From the IMG/VR virus record IMGVR_UViG_3300030207_001146, positions 1 to 33,870 of that record: DNA of 33,870 nucleotides; one strand, written 5' to 3'. The notes beneath the pieces were generated by a model. The model was given only the letters and a program-made list of their open reading frames with translations. It made no database searches and had not been told where the DNA came from. This document shows, piece after piece, positions 1-9,500 of the stretch. This DNA is from a virus. Taxonomy: Duplodnaviria > Caudoviricetes. A program made the translations under genes and the position numbers. How positions within the stretch are numbered: position 1 is the first letter of the stretch; every line of letters starts with the position of its first letter.

Positions 1-4
1 ATAA

Positions 5-1048
5 TTAAAATATTAAATAGTTAAACCCAAATTTTACCTCGTATATTTCTTTGCCCCAATATCTCATGTGTACGCCTTCTACAAATAAACCTAAACTTTT
101 AGTTATTTTAGTTCCAAATATAATGCCAGCATCCCACTCTGCCATACTATCTTCGTATTTATACGAGTAATCATCTAAGCCTTTATGGTATGGTAAAAAA
201 TTATACCATGTGTGTAGCCAAAAATTAGGCGTGTACTTATAATAAGCAACTCCAATGACAGCGCTTAATTCTTTTTGCATGCCTAATTTTTCAAGCTCTC
301 GCTCATTGTATCTAGCAACGGCGTCACCAAAATAGTGATTAAAGAACTCATTGTTAGAAGTAGCTACCAGCGTAGAATCACCGCCGCTAACGTCGTACCA
401 GTTTTGATCGACATAAAGCCCTTGTACCCAAGGCTCAGGTGCATAACCAAAATCTTGCGCTAAGTCTTGAAAGTTAGAAGAACCTGGTACCCAAAAATCT
501 TCTATAGGATTTATACCATATGCTGGGTGCACCCTAAATATAGTACCAACAGTAAAATCCCAATTACCTTTATTAAATCTTATTCTATAATCTAATGATG
601 AATATCTTAAGTTTACCCTTTCATTATCTGTGTACTGTGCTTTAACCACAAACCAATCACCGAGGTAACGTAACCAAAAATTTTGCTCAGTAAACTTTTC
701 ACCACGATTACGTATAAAAGAATAATTAAACAAATACTCCCAACCATTAGCGTTACCAATAGTAACATTGTCTGCAGTATTTCTTTCAGTTCCAGTGTAC
801 CATGTTTGTCTCTTCGTCTCATAATCAAATCTTGCTATTTTTCTTAGCCCTATAGTTAAATTATAGTCATAGGGATTAACTTGTGTTATGTCTTCATAAC
901 CTTTCATTACCGCTCTATAATCTTCTCTTTCAACAAAAGACGTATTCATAGATGACGACGTATAGAAAGTTGAGTATTGGAAAAACTCTTTTATCTGCGC
1001 TGTACTTACAGTACAAACTAACAGAAGTAATATTATTATTTGTTTCAT
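5..1048 (-). CDS. Secreted protein, putative outer-membrane beta-barrel (347 aa)
   Basis: N-terminal signal peptide MKQIIILLLLVCTVSTA|Q; many aromatic-rich alternating strands (YNLTIGLRKI, WEYLFNYSF, WDFTVGTIFR, LGLFVEGVHM); C-terminal YEVKFGFNYLIF ends in Phe like a BAM beta-signal. Confidence 0.6.
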   Translation of the reverse strand: MKQIIILLLLVCTVSTAQIKEFFQYSTFYTSSSMNTSFVEREDYRAVMKGYEDITQVNPYDYNLTIGLRKIARFDYETKRQTWYTGTERNTADNVTIGNANGWEYLFNYSFIRNRGEKFTEQNFWLRYLGDWFVVKAQYTDNERVNLRYSSLDYRIRFNKGNWDFTVGTIFRVHPAYGINPIEDFWVPGSSNFQDLAQDFGYAPEPWVQGLYVDQNWYDVSGGDSTLVATSNNEFFNHYFGDAVARYNERELEKLGMQKELSAVIGVAYYKYTPNFWLHTWYNFLPYHKGLDDYSYKYEDSMAEWDAGIIFGTKITKSLGLFVEGVHMRYWGKEIYEVKFGFNYLIF

Positions 1049-1049
1049 T

Positions 1050-1658
1050 TTATATATCTAAATCTTTACTATCTAATAATGTATATGTGAAGCTATTACC
1101 CCACTTATCTCTAGCAACTCTACATATGTCCATGAACTCATGCCAATCATCATTAGCTGCTATTACTTGACAGCCAGCAGACCATTTATCTACTTGGCTA
1201 GATTTTTTACCACCCCATTTAGTTGCTCTATGTATATTAATACCAAACAACCCTGTCTGCGTATTATCATTACTTAAATCAAACTTGTTATCTTTATTAG
1301 CATCTCTGTATACTGTAACAGGACCATTTTGTCCTAATGCTTCATATCTACCTTGGTGTAATCTAATTTTATGAGAACCACGATACTGCCCTTCTTTTAA
1401 GACGGCCACACCTTCTTTTCTCATTATGTTTTCCACCCAATATCTACCGGGATCAGTTGTGCAATCATAACAATAAAATTCCCATTGGTCATCACATTTA
1501 AATGATAGTGTAATTTTATCGTCAAACTTATTTGTTACTTCGGTTCCTGTGTTAGAGTTTCTAACTCCTACGATGTTAAGGTTATAATCACCAGACTCGA
1601 ACCATTTGAATCCTTTACCCTTAACTCCTCGTTCAATTATTTCTCTTGTTAGTTTCAT
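1050..1658 (-). CDS. YkuD/L,D-transpeptidase-fold cysteine peptidase, putative peptidoglycan-acting enzyme/endolysin (202 aa)
   Basis: GINIH-x16-SAGCQV matches the YkuD catalytic pattern H-x14-17-[ST]xGC; no signal peptide; start overlaps the upstream stop by 1 nt (TAATG). Confidence 0.6.
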   Translation of the reverse strand: MKLTREIIERGVKGKGFKWFESGDYNLNIVGVRNSNTGTEVTNKFDDKITLSFKCDDQWEFYCYDCTTDPGRYWVENIMRKEGVAVLKEGQYRGSHKIRLHQGRYEALGQNGPVTVYRDANKDNKFDLSNDNTQTGLFGINIHRATKWGGKKSSQVDKWSAGCQVIAANDDWHEFMDICRVARDKWGNSFTYTLLDSKDLDI

Positions 1659-1966
1659 TATTTTATTATTATTGTTATATCAGCAGTAGAATTAGTAACT
1701 GCTTGTAAGTTGTACCTATCAGAATCAAATTTTATATTATCTTCTAAAAGCAACGAAGCTCTAGGCGGTATATTGGTTTCGTTAATAACGTATATAGTTG
1801 GTGATCCAGCGCCGTCATTTAACTGTATCTTTACCACGCAGCTATCTGAATCATCATGATTAGTAATTAAAATACTTCTAATATTCCCACTAATGCCACT
1901 GCCTTTAGTTATTAATTCTACAGGATCTGAAGTTGTATCTGATGATATATTGTTATATATTGCCAT
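1658..1966 (-). CDS. Small beta-rich hypothetical protein, probably virion-associated (102 aa)
   Basis: Intact ORF tightly packed in the operon; AT-rich leader ending TATTATGGCA; beta-strand pattern (SILITN, VKIQL, ITIIIK). Confidence 0.6.
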   Translation of the reverse strand: MAIYNNISSDTTSDPVELITKGSGISGNIRSILITNHDDSDSCVVKIQLNDGAGSPTIYVINETNIPPRASLLLEDNIKFDSDRYNLQAVTNSTADITIIIK

Positions 1967-1976
1967 AATATTAATT

Positions 1977-3305
1977 TTAAACTGCCGATATAGTTATATA
2001 ACCACCATATACTCTATCACTAGTACCTTGTGATAACTCAATAAGTATATAGTTAGTAGCATCACTTGTTACGTCTGTTATGTTTATTTCTGTACCTACG
2101 TTTCCAGTACCTTTACTAGTAACAGTTGCAGAGTCAATATTAGCCTCATAAACTATTACAGCAGGTGTGCCACTACCGTTTATTTTAACATGCGTAGCAG
2201 CATAGCCATTTGGTATTGGTAAAGAAGCGTATAGCTTAGCTGTTGAAAAAGATTCTAACCACCTATCGCCACTAGTGTCATCAATCATTGCTGGCCTACC
2301 AACATCATCTGGTATAAAATCACTAGGTAATATTTTTATTCTAGTAATAGACCCATGCCAACCAGCTCTGACAACGCCCGTTGTAGGATTAAATGTTACG
2401 TCACCATCAGGCTCAATGTTTATATGACCATCACTTCCCGCTGCATCTACAGTTTTTATCGTAGTGTTACCTTTAGTGGCTATAGATATTTTAAAATAAT
2501 CATCAAAGCTTGCTCCACCCGCTTCATATAGAATAAAATTAGAAGTACTACCACCAGTATCAAACTGCGCGTAGTAAGTACCAGCGTGTAAAAAATTTAT
2601 ACCACCATTTCTAGCAGAATCTATATTAATTAAACCATCAGCATCTAAGGTTAAAACCGCTGCAACCCCACCTGACGCATCTAAAGTAGAAAGTGTTGTT
2701 ACTCCAGCTGCTTCAACATTTATTCTAAATCTATCGTTCATCGTAGATCCGGCTGCCTCGTACATATCTAATCTACCACTATTTGCCGTAGAATAAAAAG
2801 AAGCCATTGGGTTTGATTGATAAGAACTCAATGAAGTTCCTGTTGAACCCGTTAAAGCAGTATAAAAATCTATACCACCATTTTGTGAGTTGCCCGTAGA
2901 AAGACCAGTATACAAAGCTAATCTACCACCGCGTTTATTCGTTTGGCCAGCTGTGGCGTTAGCACCTAATATACTAATTTGACCAGCATGATCATCACTA
3001 TGGGCTAGTTTTTGTATTTTAGTTTCAGTGTCGTTATCCGCACCAAGAGTTATATCATTACCGTCAAACAAGAAATTAGCTTCAGCATTCAATCCAGTTC
3101 CACCAGTTGATGTTGTAACTCTATTATCTCCAGCGTTAGTTATAGTTAGCTCACCTGATTCGGTGTCTGCTTTTACTATTTTATTATTTGAATCTAGGCC
3201 AAGATTACCTCCACTAGCAATTGTACCAGTGGAGATATCTTCTAAGTATACGTCATTACGAAATCTTGATACAAAATCGTATATTTGTTGGCCTATCCAT
3301 TTCAT
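1977..3305 (-). CDS. Putative tail fibre/spike-like structural protein (442 aa)
   Basis: Gly/Thr/Ser/Asp-rich beta sequence with an internal duplicated module; located in the structural region. Confidence 0.55.
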   Translation of the reverse strand: MKWIGQQIYDFVSRFRNDVYLEDISTGTIASGGNLGLDSNNKIVKADTESGELTITNAGDNRVTTSTGGTGLNAEANFLFDGNDITLGADNDTETKIQKLAHSDDHAGQISILGANATAGQTNKRGGRLALYTGLSTGNSQNGGIDFYTALTGSTGTSLSSYQSNPMASFYSTANSGRLDMYEAAGSTMNDRFRINVEAAGVTTLSTLDASGGVAAVLTLDADGLINIDSARNGGINFLHAGTYYAQFDTGGSTSNFILYEAGGASFDDYFKISIATKGNTTIKTVDAAGSDGHINIEPDGDVTFNPTTGVVRAGWHGSITRIKILPSDFIPDDVGRPAMIDDTSGDRWLESFSTAKLYASLPIPNGYAATHVKINGSGTPAVIVYEANIDSATVTSKGTGNVGTEINITDVTSDATNYILIELSQGTSDRVYGGYITISAV

Positions 3306-3309
3306 TTAT

Positions 3310-3489
3310 TTATATTTCAAATCCAAAATTTAAGATCATAAATCTAAATCTAGGACATGTCCCTTTTTTTTTACACTTAGCACAAGGACAAAACATTACT
3401 TCAAACATTGTCCATGTTCCTAGTCTAAAAGTTAATTCATATATTTCTTTTTTATTTCCTGCTTTCCAGGAATTAATCCAGTTTATCAT
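3310..3489 (-). CDS. Small Cys-cluster protein (59 aa), absent from the ORF track
   Basis: Manual translation: MINWINSWKAGNKKEIYELTFRLGTWTMFEVMFCPCAKCKKKGTCPRFRFMILNFGFEI*. It fills the gap, its TAA lies 4 nt before the next ATG (3305), and a promoter-like motif precedes it. Confidence 0.75.
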   Translation of the reverse strand: MINWINSWKAGNKKEIYELTFRLGTWTMFEVMFCPCAKCKKKGTCPRFRFMILNFGFEI

Positions 3490-3503
3490 ATTTTTTTTGT
3501 TTT

Positions 3504-3524
3504 GATTCTATATTATAATCACAC
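3504..3524 (-). promoter_or_regulatory. Degenerate copy of the putative phage promoter motif (GTGTGATTATAATATAGAATC)
   Basis: 15/21 match to the identical copies at 16385 and 26392, sharing the TATAATATAG core; intergenic, 14 nt upstream of the ATG at 3489. Confidence 0.5.
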
Positions 3525-3526
3525 GT

Positions 3527-6500
3527 TTATTGGTGAGCATAACATCTTTTATTCTCGTTCTCTGTTTTATTCTTGCATCTCTTACCATTCTTTTTAATAC
3601 CAGTACATCTATATTCTTTAATACCATCACCATCTCTATCCATGCCGTCAGTAAATGCAGCATGGTGGTAACATAGGAATTTTTTATCTTTAGTAGGTTG
3701 TGACATTATACTACATCTCTTACCATTTGATTTTATACCAGAGCATCTAATTGTTTTGTAACCTTCTTCTTTTAATCTTTGCTCTTCTTTCTTTTTTTCT
3801 TCTTCTTTTTCTATTTTCTTTTGTTCTGCTCTTTTTGTTTTAGCAGTTTCTTTCGCGGCTTCAAGCTCTTCATCTTCAATACCAATATCCCATCTACTCC
3901 AACCAAGAACTAATGCTACTTTTTTCCAAGTATCATGACCGCCTGTAAAAGCTTCTTCTAAGTTGTTAGCTTTATTTTGTAATCTAGCTAAAGGAATATT
4001 AGTTAAACCTTCTACGATATTAGCCCACTTTGATATCTCTGGATTTTCTATTCTAAGTCCTAATTCTTCAGAAACTCCTTTGTTATATTTTTCAGCGTAA
4101 TAAGCATTATATATTTTTCTAAGTTTACTACCAATTGGTGGAGACAAGTTTAATATTTCAAGTCCTATTTTTTCTGGTCTATCTTTACCAAAGTCAGCTT
4201 CTTGCTGTTTGTTCCATTGTATAATAGTGTTTTTAAGAGTAGATACTAGAGCTCCATATATACCCGTACCACGTAAAAAACTATCTAAAGCGCTATTAAG
4301 AGCTCTTTCTGTTTTATCATCTATTAACTCTTCATCTTCATCCCCAAACAATAAAAAAGCTAAAGCTGATTGTAAAGAAGCAAATATAATATTTTGTACA
4401 GCACCGTAGTATAATATTTTAGATACGTTAGTTTTAAAATCACCTCTACCATTTATTAAATCAACTAACGATTTTTTAGTTAATCTACCATATTGCATTG
4501 TTACGTTTTGAAAAGCTAATATAAATCTACCTAATACACTAGCTTGCTGCTGTGATATTAAATCTTCTCTTGAAGACTGCTGTGTTTCTTCTGCCACCTG
4601 CTGAAAGTCAAGCATTGCTTGATCGTGGGCTTGAGCTGGACTCATACCTTTTTTGATTAAGCTTTTATATCTGTTTCTATAAAAACTAGCACCACCAAAA
4701 GCTATAGCAAAACTATCCGCAACCTGTGTTGGTAAAAAACCTTTTTGTAATAAATATCTAATAACACCAACTGGTGTAGCTCTACCTTCTCTAAAAGTTT
4801 TTGTTAACTCAGCGGCAGATACGTCTGTCTGCAAACCAGATCTTCTTTGTTTTAGCATTGGTGAATTAAATAACATGACAAAGTCTTTCCAAAATTGAGG
4901 TTGATTGGCCCACGCTGCTGATGCTTTAAATATATTGTTATCACTCCAGTTTATAAAGTTAACAGTAGACAAAGTTTGAAGTAAAGCTGATCTTGTATTA
5001 AAAAACATAATAGAACCAATAGAAGCATTAATCCAACTAGTAAAGCCAGATACAATTCTACTTTGTCCACTAGGTCTATTACCTCCATTTTCCATACGAA
5101 ATAAAGAATCTAATAAAGCACTTGTAAAATCATTTCCGTATATAGCTCTTATTTTATTAATATTTTGTTGACTAAATATTATGTTTTTGTTATGGATAAA
5201 CTCATGTAAAAACTCTTGTCTACCTATTTTATCAACAATGTTTCTTAAATCAGTTGATATACTCTCAAGCATCCATGTTTCTGAAGGTGCCGTGTAGCCA
5301 TCTTTTCTTTTAGTTATAAGAGATAAACTATCAGCAAATGCTCTTATTTCAGGATTATTATTAACGTGATTTATTAATCTTATTTTTACTTTATCTGATA
5401 TGCCTTCTATTTCAAAACCGTTTTTATTCCATAAGTAAACACGGACAGCTGTATCAACAGTTAAACCAGTTAATGGAACGTTATTATTAAGCTTTATTTT
5501 ATGTTTCTTTTTTAAATTTTTAAAATCTTCAACCATTGTTTGCTTGTAAGTATTCCAAGCTCTAATACCTTTACCAAAAGGCGTTACTAAATTATCAACA
5601 AGATATTTAAAATCAACTTCCCCTTGTTTACCTGAAGTTATAAAATAATACAACAAACCTTTAAAATCTTCTGCTGATGGTGGTATGTAAAGGCTTTTTA
5701 AAAATCTTTTAATGTTTGTTTGTGAAGCTAACTTTCTAGCCTCTGCCGAAGAAAATACTTTACCTGCTTCGATTCCTTTTTTACGTTCTAGTATTTCGTT
5801 AAATTCTACACTTGCTTTTTCACTAAACTTTATTTTAGCTTGTACTACATCTGATTTAATATCTAATTGATCTAGCGCTTGTTTAACAGCTTCAACGTTT
5901 TGTAAGGCATCATCAACAAAATACATATCATTATATCCTTCTGCAAACTTTTGTAAAAACCATTTTGCTTTAGCGTCACCAGTACTATTAGCTAAACCAG
6001 TAATATTTTCTATAGGTATATTTAACCCTTGTGATTTTAAAAACTCGTGTATAGCTTTAGCTGATTGCTGAGGTCTAGCGGTTAAAACAAACATGTCTTT
6101 AGTACCGAACTTAGCAGCCCGCTCTTTAGCTTTGTCTAACAACGGGCCTGGAGTTCCGTCAACAACATCATTAAACTCTGAAAAATCAAACTCGCCACCT
6201 TGTTCTAATATAGCATCTCCTTGCTCTGCAAACTCAGCGGCATCTAATCTAAGCTTTTCGTAACTAGAAACAAAGTCTTCCATTTGACGAACTAACTTAC
6301 CTGGCATAGGGCTTTGCATTGTTAAGTTGTCTGTGTTGACTTCCATAAATCTATTGCCAAACATTTTTTTAAATGTAGGCTTATTATTTTGTACCGCCTC
6401 ATGATTACGCTTTACTATAGTATCTAACAACGAGCGTTCTTTTCTAGCTCTATTACGCTCTAAGGCTACATCTAATGAAGTATCTACAAATAACATACTA

Positions 6501-9500
6501 ACATCATACCCTTTAGATTTAAACTCATCTACGAGCCTCTGCATTGATTTAACACTACCTCCAGTACCGTCTACTATAACTCCGTTAGCATTACCTTGAT
6601 ACTTCATCATTTTACGTCTAGCTATTTTTCTAGCTTGAGCTCCTAACTTACCTAAAGTACTTCTTTGTTCTTTTGTTAAGTCTCTCATATCTGCAGGTAA
6701 TCCTGAGTTTTTCTTTAACCACTCTAGCGATATATCAGAGTTAACTATTTTAAAGCCCATACCTTCTAAACCAAGTTGGCTTATAACATTTCCTTTACCA
6801 CTACCAGCGCCACCAGCTAAAAATATAACTTTACGATTTGGCTTAGGCGTCCCGTCTGGATTTGGCACCGTTGCTCTTACGCCTGACTTAGTAAAACCTA
6901 ATGTATCATCAAAATCAAATGTTGACATACCTCTAGGCTTAGAACTATTTTTTACAGAGTTAACATCAGCGTCTGCTATGTTTTGATCTGTTTTTATTTT
7001 TTCACTAGATCTAAGACCGGTTGGTTTACCATCAGCTTTTATTTTATATATTTGCTCAAACGTTCTACCATCAAGGCCTATTAAAGAAGAGGGTGGTATA
7101 CCTATGCCGTCTACAGCTACTACTATAGCATTAAAATATCTTTCCCACCAATTACCATCTATAACACTAAAGTTATCATTCATTCTTCTTTGTAAACTAA
7201 AACCGCTTTCTGTTCTAGCGCTTCTTAGTTTATTATCCATAGCTTTATCTAGAGCTATTAGCGTATAGTTTTTCATTAAAAATTTATACGAGGCTTCAAA
7301 ATTAACATCAGATTTTAAAGCTGAATCTAATAAATACAAGTATGCGGCTGTTGCCGGCATAGCGTGTTCATATTCAAATCTCTTACCTGTTATTGTTTCA
7401 GAATAACCTATAAATCTAGCACCTAATTTATGCCAATGTCCAGTATCATTAGCTACTAAACCAAGATATGTAGCTATGCCTCTAGCGTTTTCAGGATTTT
7501 CTTTAATTACTTGATTAAATCTAGACCACATTTCTTCATGAATCTTAGTAACTTTATCGTTCCACCTATCTATACTACCATCTTCTATGCCCTTTTTTAT
7601 AGTCTTGTTATCTTTAAATATAGAAGAATAAGCTGATACTTTAAAATCTGATATACCTTCTATAGGTGGTCCAAAGTTTTCGTCAGGTAAATTTCTTAAG
7701 TCTCTTAACGAGTGTCTAAATTCGTTATATGATTTAGCTTCTTTAGGGTTTTTAAATACACCTGGCGATGTTTGTGACATAGAAAAATTACCATAAGCGT
7801 CGTGGCTAGGAGTGAACACAGTTCCCCAATGCTGTATGTTTAAATCTTTTATTACCTTTTTTAAATTTTTATTATTTTTGCCAGGCTCTTTTATTGCTTG
7901 ATCAATTAAAGGTTTAGCTACTTTAATATCTAAGTTATATTGTTTATAAAACTTATCTCCCATTAAAGCTATTTGTTTTTGAATTTCGTCTACAGCTATA
8001 GATCCAACGTCACCAAACCAAAACTCTCTAGGCATTATAGGAAGTAACACGTCTTTAATAAAAGTTCTAAACTTTTTTCTACCTTCGTTAGTTTTTAAAT
8101 CAAAAGCGTTACCAATGTTGTTCATATTTAAAACAACATTTTTACCATTAGCGTCAATATCTAAATAGTTGTTTACATTTAAAAACTCGTCTATTTCAAC
8201 AGTAGATTTAGAACTAAACTTTAAATCAGGATCTCTGTTTATAGCTTCGTTTATTTCTTTAACAACTTCTTGAGGCGTTATACCATCAATGCCTTTTAAA
8301 TCCATGTATTTTTCTACAAATTCTCTATTTAAAACTTCAGGAGTAGCATCTTTAGCTATAGCTATAGCAGACTCAGAAAGTATTTTTATTTTATTGTTAC
8401 CTCTAGTTCCAGATCTTTTTCCAGTTCTAGGATTTATAAGAGGCGCGTTTATAAAAGACTCCCATTGTGATGTTGTTGTTTCTAGTCTTTCGTATACTGG
8501 TACGCCTTGAGCTCTTTTCTTTTTACTTATAGTACTATTATTTAATATCTCCTCTGGTAATAGTCTTTTATTGTCAGGGTTTCTACCAGACTCGTTTCTT
8601 CCGTAAACAAAATCAGATAAAATAGTTTTATTAGTTGCTCTGCCGTGAGATTTAATAAATATCTTTTCAGGCAATTGCTTTTGCATTTGAATTAACGTTG
8701 ATATTGGTATAGATTCTAGTATAGCTTTTCTATACTTAATTAAATTAGCTGGATTTTTAAACACTCTTTCCATCGTACTGTAAAGAGTATTGGCAGAGTT
8801 TTGCTCAAATGATTTTAAAAACTCTTTAGGATTTCTAAAATCACTAGACATTATTATAGATGTTTTAACTTTTGCAAAAACCTCTGACTTACCTATATCA
8901 CTTATACCTATTTCTTTTCTAAATTTTGATTCTATATTTTTAGATTCAACGTTTCGATCTTTAACTACATCATCAAATAAATTTATCGAATCTGTTATTT
9001 TATCTAAATCGTAGGTTGTATCTTGTATTTGCACAATAGGCCCATCTTGCATTTGAGCGTCTAGACTTTTAGTACCTAATGGTGCTTTTCCAGCATTAAA
9101 TAACTTAAATACATCGTCAGCTCTAAATCTTAATTGACCTTGTATGTACCCAAAAAGACTATCGTTCTGTCTATTAGTTCCCCACAAACCTCTATTAAAT
9201 CTATCAATCATGTTTTTAAATTCAGGAGAATTTTTAACATCGTTAACCCACGTTTTTGGTATAGGTCTTACTTTATATTTCCCTCGGATCAAACCATCTA
9301 ACCAAGTATTTTTCTTTAATTCGCTTAAAGCTCTTTTAGCACCTTCGGTTTTCCACTCTTCATCAGTGTAGACCTTACTAGTTCTTGGATTTATCATTAA
9401 ACCATTAACATCGCCATCTGCTTTAGCAGACATCTTAGCGTCTTCTTTTATTTTCTTTTCTTCTTTTTTCTCTTTTTCAGCTTTCTTTCTAGCTTCAGTA

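Noticed and set aside
1000-1048. Lipoprotein or u-spanin reading of the 347-aa protein (LLVC)
   Set aside because: Poor lipobox (Val at -1) and no C-terminal TM helix; an STA|Q signal peptidase I site fits better
3310-3489. A9 homopolymer in the small ORF as a frameshift or phase-variation site
   Set aside because: It is in frame (KKK) and such runs are common at this AT content
6265-6850. Kinase insertion as an intein or mobile intron
   Set aside because: No terminal His-Asn splice motif or homing endonuclease motifs; the insert is an in-frame P-loop domain
3620-6916. DFDDT and DRDGDG read as an RNA polymerase DxDxD catalytic motif
   Set aside because: DFDDT belongs to a full HAD motif set, and DRDGDG lies between terminal Zn knuckles; neither has double-psi-barrel context
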